Shown here one piece after another: positions 9,751 to 19,401 of a stretch of 64,000 nucleotides of DNA. Both the position numbers and the translations under genes were made by a program. Within the stretch, counting starts at the first letter, position 1. The number at the start of each line of letters is the position of its first letter. Source of the DNA: Candidatus Akkermansia intestinigallinarum (GTDB lineage Bacteria; Verrucomicrobiota; Verrucomicrobiia; Verrucomicrobiales; Akkermansiaceae); the NCBI GenBank assembly GCA_019114365.1, contig DXFQ01000013.1, forward strand, positions 5,642-69,641, in the 5' to 3' direction. The notes under the pieces were generated by a model that was not told the DNA's origin, searched no databases, and saw only the letters and a list, made by a program, of their open reading frames with translations.

Positions 9751-11469
9751 GTGGCGTTTGTGTGCATGCTGCCGCAGAAACGAAAAAATACGGTGGACTT
9801 TTCCGATCTTCACTTTATAATAAAGCCGAGCATGATTAAACGCGGATACACAGCCGGGCAGGGATTGGTGAGGTACTGGGCTCACCACGTGCTCGACTTC
9901 TGGCAGAGTGTGGAGGCGGCTCGTTTCACGGATCAGGCTCGCGAGCTCGTGCGGGCGTTGGAGGCTCTGCAACCGGAGCGGCGCGTGATGGTGATCGGTG
10001 CGCCGAGAAGCGGCAAATCGAGCGTGGCGGCAGGGCTGCTCGGATCGGAGCTCCCTCTGCGCGCTCCCGTGACGGGCGCATGCGTTCGCTGGCGCTTCCG
10101 ATGCTCCGACGGTGATTTGTCGGATTCCCGCTTCCTGCCGAAGGATGAGCTGGAAGGGCTCGAGGTTGTCGATACGGCGGATTGTGCAGATGCCGTTTGC
10201 GCCGAGCGCATCGAAAGCCTCTTCCCGCGAACGGACGTGCTCATCGCGACGCTTGATTGCCGCACGATGGAGAGCTCTCCGTGCTGGGAGATGCTGCAGA
10301 AGGCCGAGGGCAAGGTCGGAGCCGTGATTTTGGCCATCACCTTTACCGACTTGGCCGAGAAGGAGGAGCTGCTGCGGATCAAGGGCAGCATTCGCTTGCT
10401 CTGCCGCGATCGCCTCAAGATGCGTCCCGTCGCGCTGCTCGTTTCTCCCAACGAGGCGGAGTCTCGGGAGGCCTTTGCCGAGAGTGTTCAAGAGGCTCTC
10501 GACGGTCCCGATGGCGTCCGCAAGGTGATTCGGGCGGCCGGGCAGGCGGCAGCGACCCTCAACAAAAGCATCTGCGACGTGCTGGACAACCGCGCGCGCG
10601 TCATGTCGTCGAACGTCGACTTCCTCAACGGCATCGAGACGGAGATTTCAAACTTCCGCTCGCATCAGATGGCGGCACTCAAGACTTGGGTGGAGAACTT
10701 CGTGAGCACGTTTGAGAGCGGGCGCCCGCGCTTGCTGCGCCGGCTTCGTTTCTCGTTCGGCTTCTTTTACTCTCCGGTGACGCTTCTGCGGCTGGACTGT
10801 TTTGCGCGCGCGACGGAGCTCGCCGCCTACCGATCTCTGGTTTCCGAGCTCTGGCAGAACCTTGAAGAGGCGGATGCGCGCTTTGTGGCGTCGTGCGAGG
10901 CGCATTGGCGCAGCGTGCGTCCGCGCATGCTGGCCGGCATTGATTACGAGTTGGGCGACTTCCCGGAGAAAGATCTTTCAACGGAGTTGTTGCGGGTGCG
11001 CAGCAATCTGGTCAGAAGTCTTTACCGACCCTTCAGCGACTATCGCCTGCAACAGAAGCTGCGCGTGCATTTCAAGAGCTGTGCCGCGTGGATGATGAAT
11101 GCGTTGCGCCTGATATGTCTGGCGGTGCTGGTGGCCGGCCTCTTCGGTTATTTCGGGCAGACGGCCGTGGCGACGGCTTGTCTCTGTTTCGCGGCGCTGG
11201 TCTGGGGAGCGGCAACGCTGGGTCATTGGCTGGCGCTGCGCCGCATCTGCCGCGACGTCACGAAAGATCTGGAGGCCTTTTCCCCGGTGTTTGCATCGGC
11301 GATTACGGGGGCGATTGAGGAGTTTCTGCTTTCTCGCGTGGCGGCGTATCGCCAGCTCTACAACAGCCCGAGGATGCGCATTGCCCACTATGAGAAGACG
11401 CTCGCTCCGCTGCGTGCTCGCTATCCGTTCCTGCGCGACCAGCTCAGCGCCGCTTTTCATCGCCTCTGA
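9751..11469 (+). CDS. Dynamin-like / P-loop GTPase-family membrane protein (start may be downstream, near MIKRGY)
   Basis: P-loop GAPRSGKS, LEVVDT segment, long helical stalk and two C-terminal hydrophobic helices. Confidence 0.6.
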   Translation: MAFVCMLPQKRKNTVDFSDLHFIIKPSMIKRGYTAGQGLVRYWAHHVLDFWQSVEAARFTDQARELVRALEALQPERRVMVIGAPRSGKSSVAAGLLGSELPLRAPVTGACVRWRFRCSDGDLSDSRFLPKDELEGLEVVDTADCADAVCAERIESLFPRTDVLIATLDCRTMESSPCWEMLQKAEGKVGAVILAITFTDLAEKEELLRIKGSIRLLCRDRLKMRPVALLVSPNEAESREAFAESVQEALDGPDGVRKVIRAAGQAAATLNKSICDVLDNRARVMSSNVDFLNGIETEISNFRSHQMAALKTWVENFVSTFESGRPRLLRRLRFSFGFFYSPVTLLRLDCFARATELAAYRSLVSELWQNLEEADARFVASCEAHWRSVRPRMLAGIDYELGDFPEKDLSTELLRVRSNLVRSLYRPFSDYRLQQKLRVHFKSCAAWMMNALRLICLAVLVAGLFGYFGQTAVATACLCFAALVWGAATLGHWLALRRICRDVTKDLEAFSPVFASAITGAIEEFLLSRVAAYRQLYNSPRMRIAHYEKTLAPLRARYPFLRDQLSAAFHRL

Positions 11470-11477
11470 TCGTCGCC

Positions 11478-12938
11478 ATGGAGCAGATGAATTTATTTGC
11501 GCTGCACGATGACGCCGAAGGCGGCGAGCCCCGGCGCCCCGAGCAGGATACATCGGGTCTGTCGTCTCTGCCGGCCATGCCGCTGGCGGCGCGCATGCGC
11601 CCCGAGACGCTCGATGAGGTGGCCGGGCAACAGCACTTGCTCGCACCCGGCAAGTTGCTGCGCCGCGCGATTGAGACGGATCGCTTTTCCTCGCTCATTT
11701 TTTACGGGCCGCCCGGCGTGGGGAAGACGACGCTGGCCTTCGTGATTGCGCGCCGCACCAGTGCGGTCTTTGTGACGCTCAACGGCGTGGAGAGCAACGT
11801 GAGCGAGATACGCGAGAAGATCGCCGAGGCCCGCTCGCGCATGGCTCTGCGCGGGCAGCGCACGATTCTCTTTGTCGATGAGCTGCACCGCTTCAACAAG
11901 GCGCAGCAGGATGTGCTGCTGCCTCATTTGGAGAAGGGCACGGTGCGCTTCATCGGCGCGACGACGGAAAATCCCTACTTCGCCATCAATTCGGCCATGC
12001 TGTCGCGCTCGCAGATTTTCCCGCTCGAGCCGGTGTCGGACGCCGAGATTGTCGCCCTGCTGCGCCGCGCCGTCAGCGACGAGAAGCGCGGGCTTGGGAT
12101 GCTGAAGCTGCGCGTCGACGACGAGGCGCTCGACCATCTGGCTCTCAAGGCGGACGGGGATGTTCGCAAGGCGCTCACGGCGCTGGAGGTGGCCGCTCTC
12201 TCGACGTCGGCCGATGCCGACGGGCTGATTCACGTCACCTTGGCCGTGGCGGAGGAGAGTATTCAGAAAAAGGCCATTCGCTATGACCGCGCCGGCGACG
12301 GGCACTATGACACCATTTCCGCCTTTATTAAGTCGATGCGCGGCAGCGATCCCGATGCGGCTCTTTACTGGTTGGCTTTCATGCTCAATGCGGGAGAGGA
12401 TATTCGCTTCATCGCGAGGCGCATCGTGATCTGCGCGAGTGAGGACGTCGGCCTCGCTGACTCGAATGCGCTGCGCGTGGCGATGGACGCCGCCCGCGCC
12501 GCCGAGATGGTCGGCATGCCCGAGGCGCGGATTCCGCTGGCTCATGCGACGGTCTACGTGGCAACGGCCCCGAAGAGCAATGCGGCTTATCTGGGCATTG
12601 ACGAGGCGCTGCGCGACGTGCGCGAGGGCAAGACGCTGGCCGTTCCCGACCACTTGGCGACGCCGACGCGCAAGAAGCTGGCGAAGCTGCGCGGCGTTTC
12701 CGAAGAAGCGACGCAGTATAAATACGCGCACGACTTCGGGGAGGATCATTTCGTGCCCCAGGCCTACCTGCCCGAGGGGCGCGTCTATTACCGCCCGACG
12801 TCCAACGGCTTGGAGCTCCGCATCCGCGAGCGCATGGAATACCTGCGGCGCCTGCGGGAGCAGCAGGAGGCTGCGCCCGTGCCCCGCCGACCCGACGGCG
12901 AAAAGCCGACCGGCGACGGCGAGCGTGAGCCGCGCTGA
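11478..12938 (+). CDS. rarA: Replication-associated recombination protein A (MgsA/RarA AAA+ ATPase)
   Basis: PLAARMRP, GPPGVGKTT, FVDELHRFNKAQQD, ISAFIKSMRGSDPDAA, ASEDVG, YKYAHD. Confidence 0.95.
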   Translation: MEQMNLFALHDDAEGGEPRRPEQDTSGLSSLPAMPLAARMRPETLDEVAGQQHLLAPGKLLRRAIETDRFSSLIFYGPPGVGKTTLAFVIARRTSAVFVTLNGVESNVSEIREKIAEARSRMALRGQRTILFVDELHRFNKAQQDVLLPHLEKGTVRFIGATTENPYFAINSAMLSRSQIFPLEPVSDAEIVALLRRAVSDEKRGLGMLKLRVDDEALDHLALKADGDVRKALTALEVAALSTSADADGLIHVTLAVAEESIQKKAIRYDRAGDGHYDTISAFIKSMRGSDPDAALYWLAFMLNAGEDIRFIARRIVICASEDVGLADSNALRVAMDAARAAEMVGMPEARIPLAHATVYVATAPKSNAAYLGIDEALRDVREGKTLAVPDHLATPTRKKLAKLRGVSEEATQYKYAHDFGEDHFVPQAYLPEGRVYYRPTSNGLELRIRERMEYLRRLREQQEAAPVPRRPDGEKPTGDGEREPR

Positions 12939-13139
12939 GCCCCCACTCGGCGCAAGATTAAGCCGGGCACGCCTTGGTCACGTCCCGGTCACCTGCGGAC
13001 GACCGTCGGTGACGAAGCCGAGCCTCAGCCGAGCTCTCGAAACGGGCTTCGGCATGCGGGAGCGCAGCTGGGCTCGGTCGCGCCGAAGCTTTGCCGAGCC
13101 CTGCGTTCATGCGGCTCCGAGGCTCCGCGCCCGCGCCGC

Positions 13140-13838
13140 TTACTTGTAGCGCTCCTCGGGGAAGTTGCGGTAGCCGATGGTCAGGGGGCTGCGCTCGTCG
13201 AGCAGCCCGCGATCGTAGCGCCGCGAGGGAGGGCGAAGTTTGCCCAGCGTGTTGCCGGTGTCAAAGAAAAATTGCAAATAATAGGTGCCGTTGTAGCCGA
13301 GGTGGTGCGCCTCGCGTATCATTTGCAGAATATCCGCCTCGTCGAGAAGGTCGGGATGCACCGTTGTACGCAGCTCAAACTCCAGCTGCGAATCGAGCAG
13401 CAGGGCGAGGCTTGTGCGAAAGCGATCAAAGAGCCGCTCGCCGCCGGGAAGCTTCCAGCTGCGTGCCGAGGGCATCTTGTTGTCCATCGCCACATAGTCC
13501 AGCAGCTTGGCCTCAAGCAGCTCGCGGAGCACGGCGGGGTTGCTCCCGTTTGTGTCAACTTTAATCAGATATCCGAGAGCTTTGATCTGCTCGCAAAGCT
13601 CCCGGATATCCGGATTGAGAGTCGATTCACCGCCGGAGAGCACCACGGCATCGAGAAAGTCGCGGCGCTCGTGCAGAAAGGCCATCACATCCTTGCTGTC
13701 GCTGTTGCGCGCCGTGGCCAGATCCGGATTGTAGCAGTAGGGGCAGCGCAGATTGCAGCCGCTGTACCACAGGATGCAGGCCGCCTTCCTCGGATAGTCG
13801 AGGTAGGTCAGCGGTGTGATGTCGGCGGGTTGTCTCAT
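13140..13838 (-). CDS. nrdG: Anaerobic ribonucleotide reductase activating radical SAM enzyme
   Basis: GCNLRCPYCYN radical SAM motif, SGGE, DTNGS; lies downstream of nrdD. Confidence 0.9.
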   Translation of the reverse strand: MRQPADITPLTYLDYPRKAACILWYSGCNLRCPYCYNPDLATARNSDSKDVMAFLHERRDFLDAVVLSGGESTLNPDIRELCEQIKALGYLIKVDTNGSNPAVLRELLEAKLLDYVAMDNKMPSARSWKLPGGERLFDRFRTSLALLLDSQLEFELRTTVHPDLLDEADILQMIREAHHLGYNGTYYLQFFFDTGNTLGKLRPPSRRYDRGLLDERSPLTIGYRNFPEERYK

Positions 13839-14048
13839 TTACTTGAGGATGGAGTCGCAGGCGCAGCAGTGGCCGGGCTCCTCGAAGTGCGCACGCTCTT
13901 CGAACTCGCCCTGCTTGCCGGCGTTGAAGGTCTCCACCGGGCGATGGTAGCCCATCACGCGGGTGTAGACGGTGCAGCGGGTGCGCTCTTCAGCGTGTTC
14001 CTTGAGGATTTCCTCATCCGATTTGATGACCGGTTTGATGTCTTTCAT
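13839..14048 (-). CDS. Small NrdD C-terminal (glycyl-radical) protein, 69 aa
   Basis: MKDIK...RTRCTVYTRVMGYHRPVETFNAGKQGEFEER carries the class III RNR glycyl radical motif (RVMGY). Confidence 0.85.
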   Translation of the reverse strand: MKDIKPVIKSDEEILKEHAEERTRCTVYTRVMGYHRPVETFNAGKQGEFEERAHFEEPGHCCACDSILK

Positions 14049-14133
14049 GGTGTTTCGGGTTGTGTTGCGTTTGGTGTTCAGTGAATGATTCGGGGGATAG
14101 AATAAGATCTCAGGCGCAAGCGCCCTGCGGGGC

Positions 14134-16257
14134 TCAACCGAAGAGCGGCAGCTCGGGCTGCTCCTCGGAGCGCACGCGGGCAATGAGCTCTTCGTCGCAG
14201 AGCGGGCAGTAGTCGTGGCGGCCCTTCAGGTAGCCGTGCTTCTCGCAGACCGAGAAGAGCGGGGTGACGGTGATGTAGGGCATCTTGAAGTTCGTCAGCA
14301 CCTTGCGAACAATGTCGCGGCAGGCCTCGGGCGAAGAGATGGCCTCGTTCATGTACATGTGGAAGACCGTGCCGCCCGTGTAGCAGCACTGCAGCTTGTC
14401 CTGCATCTTGAGCGCCTTGAAGAGGTCGTGCGTGTAGTTGACGGGCAGCTGCGAGCTGTTCGTGTAGTAGCGGTGGCCGGGAGAGCCCGCCTGAATGATG
14501 TCCGGGAAGCGCTTGAGGTCTTCGCGGGCGAAGCGGTGGGTCGTGCCTTCGGCCGGAGTGGCCTCGAGGTTGTAGAGGTTGCCCGTCTGCTCCTGGTAGC
14601 CGCGGATGCGCTCGCGCATGAAGTGCAGCACCTCTTCGGCAAAGGCAATGCCCTCGGGCGTGGCCGTGTTCATCGTGTCGTTGGAGAAGTTGCGCAACAT
14701 CTCGTTGACGCCGTTGAGGCCGATGGTCGAGAAGTGGTTGCGAAGATGCGGCAGGTAGCGCTTCGTGTAGGGGAAGAGCCCGCGCTCGTAGAGCTCGGTG
14801 ATGAAGACGCGCTTCTTCTCCAGCGTGCTCTTGGCGAGATCCATGAGCTCGCCGAGCTTGGCGTAGAGGAGGTTCTTGTTGCCCTTGTACAGGTAGCCGA
14901 GGCGCGCCATATTGATGGTGACCACGCCGATGGAACCCGTCATCTCCGCCGAGCCGAAGAGACCGCCGCCGCGCTTGAGCAGCTCGCGCAGGTCGAGCTG
15001 GAGGCGGCAGCACATCGAGCGCACGGCATCGGGCTTGTAGGCCTCTTCGTCAATGACCTTGTTGCCGTTCTCATCGTACTTGTACTGCGAGCCGATGAAG
15101 TTCTGGAAGTAGGACGAGCCGATCTTGGCCGCATTCTCGAAGAGCAGCGGCACGTTCTCACCCTCCCAGTCGAAGTCTTCCGTGATGTTGACGGTCGGAA
15201 TCGGGAAGGTGAAGGGCTGCCCCGTGCTGTCGCCCTCGGTGAGCACCTCGTAGAAAGCCTTCTGAATGACGTTCATCTCGGGCTGGAAGTGCTTGTAGGT
15301 CATCGCCGTGAGCTTCGCGCAGCCGCGTTCGCGGGCGAGCGCCTCGAGCGTCTCGTCGTGCAGCTTTTCAAAGATGTGAGCGCCGCCGGAGAAGGGCGGC
15401 TGCTCGCGCAGGTCGCGCGGCACCGTCCAGTCGATGGTGACGTTGGTGAAGGGTGACTGACCCCAGCGCGACGGCACGTTGAGATTGTAAACGAAGCTGC
15501 GCAGAGCCTTCTTCACCTCGACGTAGGGAAGCTGATCCTTGAAGAGGTAGGGAGAGAGGTAGGTATCAAACGAACTGAAGGCCTGCGCCCCGGCCCACTC
15601 GCTCTGCAGAATGCCCAAGAAGTTCGCCATCTGCCCCAGAGCCTCGCGGAAGTGCTTGGGCGGGCGGCTGTTGACGCGGCTGCGAACACCGTTGAACCCT
15701 TCGTTGAGCAGGTTGCGCAGGCTCCAACCGGCGCAGTAACCCGTCAGGCAGTCCAGATCGTGAATGTGGTAGTCGCCGTTGCGGTGGGCGGCACCCTCCT
15801 CCGGGGTGTAAACCTGATCGAGCCAGTAGTTGGCGATCACCTTGCCGGCGGTGTTGTTCACGAGACCGGCGTTGGAGTAAGTGGTATTCGAGTTGGCCTT
15901 GATACGCCAGTCCGTGTTGCCGATGTACTCTTCAATCGTCTGCTTGCAGTCCACCCACGTGTTGCCCTCGTACACGCCGGCGATCTGCTCGCGCTGCAGT
16001 TTGTGCAGGAAGCGATACTTGATGAAGTTGCGAGCCGTTTCGTACGACCCCGCCTTCATGAGCTCGCGCTCAATCGTGTCTTGCACCTTCTCGACGGGAA
16101 GATACTCCTCATTCTTCAGCGCATCAAGCACGTTGGCATAGACGAGGGGGTTGTACTCTTCCTGAGAGGCGTGGTACGCCTTCTCGATGGCTTGCTGAAC
16201 CTTATAGGGTTCGAAGCGTTCGCGCTTGCCGTTGCGCTTGATGATTTTGGAGGACAT
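14134..16257 (-). CDS. nrdD: Anaerobic (class III) ribonucleoside-triphosphate reductase with N-terminal ATP cone, lacking the glycyl-radical tail
   Basis: ATP cone IIKRNGK, HIHDL, YCAGW, RSMCCRL, EATPAEG, YTGGT and C-terminal CEKHG...CPLC zinc site. Confidence 0.93.
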   Translation of the reverse strand: MSSKIIKRNGKRERFEPYKVQQAIEKAYHASQEEYNPLVYANVLDALKNEEYLPVEKVQDTIERELMKAGSYETARNFIKYRFLHKLQREQIAGVYEGNTWVDCKQTIEEYIGNTDWRIKANSNTTYSNAGLVNNTAGKVIANYWLDQVYTPEEGAAHRNGDYHIHDLDCLTGYCAGWSLRNLLNEGFNGVRSRVNSRPPKHFREALGQMANFLGILQSEWAGAQAFSSFDTYLSPYLFKDQLPYVEVKKALRSFVYNLNVPSRWGQSPFTNVTIDWTVPRDLREQPPFSGGAHIFEKLHDETLEALARERGCAKLTAMTYKHFQPEMNVIQKAFYEVLTEGDSTGQPFTFPIPTVNITEDFDWEGENVPLLFENAAKIGSSYFQNFIGSQYKYDENGNKVIDEEAYKPDAVRSMCCRLQLDLRELLKRGGGLFGSAEMTGSIGVVTINMARLGYLYKGNKNLLYAKLGELMDLAKSTLEKKRVFITELYERGLFPYTKRYLPHLRNHFSTIGLNGVNEMLRNFSNDTMNTATPEGIAFAEEVLHFMRERIRGYQEQTGNLYNLEATPAEGTTHRFAREDLKRFPDIIQAGSPGHRYYTNSSQLPVNYTHDLFKALKMQDKLQCCYTGGTVFHMYMNEAISSPEACRDIVRKVLTNFKMPYITVTPLFSVCEKHGYLKGRHDYCPLCDEELIARVRSEEQPELPLFG

Positions 16258-16493
16258 AGTAAGAGAGGTTTCGTGTTATATGTTCATGGTGCTCACGACA
16301 GCGATTGAAGAACCGGACGGACTGCATGCTTCGGGGCGCTGAAAAGCCGTGGCGCGGCGGTTAGCTCAGCCTCCGGAGACACAGTCACCGACCCGCCTCG
16401 CAAGGGGCGTGTGCGTGTAAGAAATGTAGCATGCGCCCTTGTCGTTGGCAAGCCCTTTTTTGCTCAAAGAGCAGAAAACTTATTCCGCCCATC

Positions 16494-16541
16494 ATGCTAG
16501 ATATAGTGGAGTAAAATGTTATATACCACCATATCTTGTAT
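16494..16541. promoter_or_regulatory. Tandem NrdR boxes upstream of nrdD
   Basis: atgctagatatagtgg (16494-16509) and ccaccatatcttgtat (16526-16541) resemble the acaCwAtATaTwGtg consensus; centres are 32 bp apart in an AT-rich promoter region. Confidence 0.75.
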
Positions 16542-16670
16542 GATGGACTTATTTACAAAATTAGAATCCATCTAAGCGCATGGGCTGCGCGAGAGGCGGG
16601 AAATGCGGAGAAATGGCGGGCTTCGCCTGCCGAGCGAAGTTGCTAAATGAGCATGTTATTCACAGCGGGC

Positions 16671-17552
16671 TCAACGGTCCACCCACAAAATCTTGAGGTA
16701 GTCCTCACCGTCGAAATCGAAGGGCATGACGCCCTCTGTCAGGCGGCATCCGCGAGCGGCCTCGGCGACCTGAGCATAAAATGCCCGGTGGCTGAGTTTG
16801 CGACAATTCGTGGTGCAGAGGAGCCAGCCGCCGGGGTTGAGGCACTTGAGCGCGGATTCGACGAGGCGTCCGTAGTCCTTTTCCACGCGCCAGACGTGTC
16901 CTTTCTCATCGCGGGAGAAGGTGGGCGGGTCGAGCACGATGGCGTCAAAGCAGCGCCCCTGGCGGGCGAAGCGATCGAGCCAGTGCATGGTATCGCCCTT
17001 GCAGAAGTAATGCTCATCGGGATCGAGCTCATTGAGCACCATGTTCTCCTTGCACCAGTTGAGGCAGGGCTGGGCGAGATCGAGAGTCGTGGTCTGAGCG
17101 CCTGCCAGCGCGGCGCAGACGGAAAAGGCGCCCGTATAGGCAAAGGTATTGAGCAGCGTCATGCCCTCGCGGCAGCGCCGTCGCACCTCCGCGCGGTTGT
17201 CGCGCTGGTCCAGAAAGATGCCCTGCGAATAGCCGGCCTCCATGTCGATGAGGTAGCGCACCCCATTCTCTTCAATGATAAAGCGCGGCTTGACGAGGGG
17301 GCCGCTGAGGCGCTGCGGCGGCAGCTTCACATCGCGTTCAAGCCTCTTGACGTAGACGGGACGCCGCAGCTCGGCAAGCTGGTTGCGCAGCTCGCGCGGC
17401 ACCTCAGTATCGCGGACCGACACCAGAAGGCGATCAGCCATGGCGTCAATCGTGATGCCCGGCCAAGTGAGCCCGTCGCTGATGCGGTAGGCATTGGTTC
17501 TCTCCGGCAGCCGAGTCCTGCGGTCCTCAATCATCTGTTCAATGAGATTCAT
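16671..17552 (-). CDS. RlmI/RlmK-family SAM-dependent rRNA methyltransferase
   Basis: GIFLDQRDNR, LLNTFAYTGAFSV, IVLDPPTF; likely start MNLIEQ. Confidence 0.85.
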   Translation of the reverse strand: MNLIEQMIEDRRTRLPERTNAYRISDGLTWPGITIDAMADRLLVSVRDTEVPRELRNQLAELRRPVYVKRLERDVKLPPQRLSGPLVKPRFIIEENGVRYLIDMEAGYSQGIFLDQRDNRAEVRRRCREGMTLLNTFAYTGAFSVCAALAGAQTTTLDLAQPCLNWCKENMVLNELDPDEHYFCKGDTMHWLDRFARQGRCFDAIVLDPPTFSRDEKGHVWRVEKDYGRLVESALKCLNPGGWLLCTTNCRKLSHRAFYAQVAEAARGCRLTEGVMPFDFDGEDYLKILWVDR

Positions 17553-17608
17553 AGCGCGGTGGGAGTTTGGGTAGGGGTAACGGATGAGTGACGGCTGCCG
17601 GCGGCGCT

Positions 17609-18031
17609 TCATCCGGCCTGAAGCGCCGCGGCGGCTTTGCGGATGGTATCACCCATCGTGGTGAGGGCATTGGCTCGGGTGGAGGCGAGATGCTCCTTGA
17701 GCCCGCAGGAATTGAGCCTCTGCAGGTCGGCCTCCGTCACCTCTTGCGGCGTCAGCCCCGAGAGCAGGCGGATGAAGAGAGCAATGAGTCCCTTGGTGAT
17801 GAGCGAATCGCTGTCGGCATGCACCACCAGCTTGCCGTCCACCAGCTCCGTGCCCACCCAGACGCGGCTCTGACAGCCCTTAATCAGGTTCGCATTCTTG
17901 CGGAACTTCTCGGGCATGGGCGGCAGCTTGCGCCCCAAATCAATGATGTACTCGTACTTCTCCGTCCAGTCCTCGAAGACGGACATATCATCAAGCAGCT
18001 CCTCGATGCGATCCTCGTAACTCATGGGCAT
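17609..18031 (-). CDS. sufE: SufE-family sulfur acceptor protein
   Basis: KYEYIIDLGRKL, IKGCQSRVW, ADSDSLITKGL, TRANAL. Confidence 0.9.
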   Translation of the reverse strand: MPMSYEDRIEELLDDMSVFEDWTEKYEYIIDLGRKLPPMPEKFRKNANLIKGCQSRVWVGTELVDGKLVVHADSDSLITKGLIALFIRLLSGLTPQEVTEADLQRLNSCGLKEHLASTRANALTTMGDTIRKAAAALQAG

Positions 18032-18072
18032 GCGGTAAAAAAAGGGGAGATAAGGGCACGAGAGGCCACGCC

Positions 18073-18987
18073 TCAGCAGTTCTCGGAAGCCAGCGTGTAG
18101 AGCACCGCCTTCTGCGCGTGCAGGCGGTTCTCCGCCTCGGTGAAGATGACAGGCGCGTGCGCCTCAATCACCTCATCGGTGATCTCATAGCCGCGGTACG
18201 CCGGCAGGCAGTGGAAAACACTGTGGCCGGGAGCGGCGAGCTTCAACAGCTCGGCATTGACTTGGTAGGGGAAAAAAGCCTTCTCCTTCGTTCCCTTCTC
18301 CGCCTCCTGACCCATCGAAATCCACGTGTCCGTGTTGATGACGGTGCAATCGCGCACGGCCTCCGCGACGTCGGTGGTGCAAATGACGTTCGGGCAATCG
18401 AGAGCGGCGAGCGTTTCCGCCTTCGGCAGAGCCTGCTCGGGCCCGGCCAGAGCGAGCGTAAAGCCGAGGCGTTTGGCCGCCCACATCCACGAGCGCCCCA
18501 TGTTGTTGTCCACATCGCCGATGAAGCTGATCTTCATATCCTTCCAAGACCCGACGCCGTACTTCTCCTCAAGCGTCATCAAATCGGCGAGAATCTGGCA
18601 GGGGTGCTCCTGATCCGTCAGCGCGTTGATGGTCGGGATGTCGGAATACTTGGCAAACTCCACCACCTCATCCTGCCCGTAGGTGCGGATGATGGCGCCG
18701 TGAATCATGCGGCCGAGCACGCGGGCCGTATCCTTGATCGGCTCACCGCGTCCCAGCTGAATATCGCGGGTCGAGAGAAACATCGGGCGGCCGCCCAACT
18801 CACTCACACCCACCTCGAACGACACGCGGGTGCGCGTCGACGACTTCGAGAAAATCAGCGCCCACGTCTGACCGGCAAGCGGCTGCTCCTCATGGTGGCC
18901 GCGCTCCGCCTTGAGGCGGTGGCCGAGGGCAAGCAGCATACGAATCTCATCACCTGTCAGTTCTTCAATGGAAAGCAAATTCTTCAT
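18073..18987 (-). CDS. argF: Ornithine carbamoyltransferase
   Basis: SSTRTRVSF, INALTD.EHPCQ, DTWISMGQE, FHCLPA, EAENRLHAQ; real start MKNLLSIEEL. Confidence 0.95.
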   Translation of the reverse strand: MKNLLSIEELTGDEIRMLLALGHRLKAERGHHEEQPLAGQTWALIFSKSSTRTRVSFEVGVSELGGRPMFLSTRDIQLGRGEPIKDTARVLGRMIHGAIIRTYGQDEVVEFAKYSDIPTINALTDQEHPCQILADLMTLEEKYGVGSWKDMKISFIGDVDNNMGRSWMWAAKRLGFTLALAGPEQALPKAETLAALDCPNVICTTDVAEAVRDCTVINTDTWISMGQEAEKGTKEKAFFPYQVNAELLKLAAPGHSVFHCLPAYRGYEITDEVIEAHAPVIFTEAENRLHAQKAVLYTLASENC

Positions 18988-19080
18988 GATTTCGGGAACA
19001 CAATTCTCTTGCGGAAGACCAGAGGGTAGCACAATCATCACGACATGTAAAGCTTCGAATGCGTCATTCCGCATCGCTCG

Positions 19081-19280
19081 CGCCGCGCCAACGCGCGACC
19101 ACGCCGCGCCAACGGGCGACCATGCGGCACCAACGGGCGACCACGCCGCACCAACGGGCGACCACACCGCACCAACGGGCGACCACGCCGCACCAACGGG
19201 CGACCACGCCGCACCAACGGGCGACCATGCGGCACCAACGCGTGACTATGCGACGCCCACGCGTGACCACGCGGTGCCTA
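19081..19280. repeat. Tandem array of ~9.5 copies of a 21-bp unit (cgccgcaccaacgggcgacca)
   Basis: Directly visible head-to-tail repeats that degenerate toward the right; intergenic between the ankyrin gene and argF. Confidence 0.95.
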
Positions 19281-19401
19281 CGCCGCGCCCGGCACAACCT
19301 GAAAGGCGAGTCGGTCGCCGGGGCGAGGTCTTCCGTGCGCCTCGCGGCGGGGGCGAGCCTCTTGCGCCGAAGCGTTCCGCGCGTCCTAGACGCGGTGACA
19401 A

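Noticed and set aside
18988-19167. N-terminal extension of ArgF (WSPVGAA repeats) in the ORF track
   Set aside because: It comes from reading through the minisatellite; OTC homology starts at MKNLLSIEEL (18987).
19081-19280. Possible CRISPR array
   Set aside because: The units are contiguous with no unique spacers, and there are no cas genes in the window.
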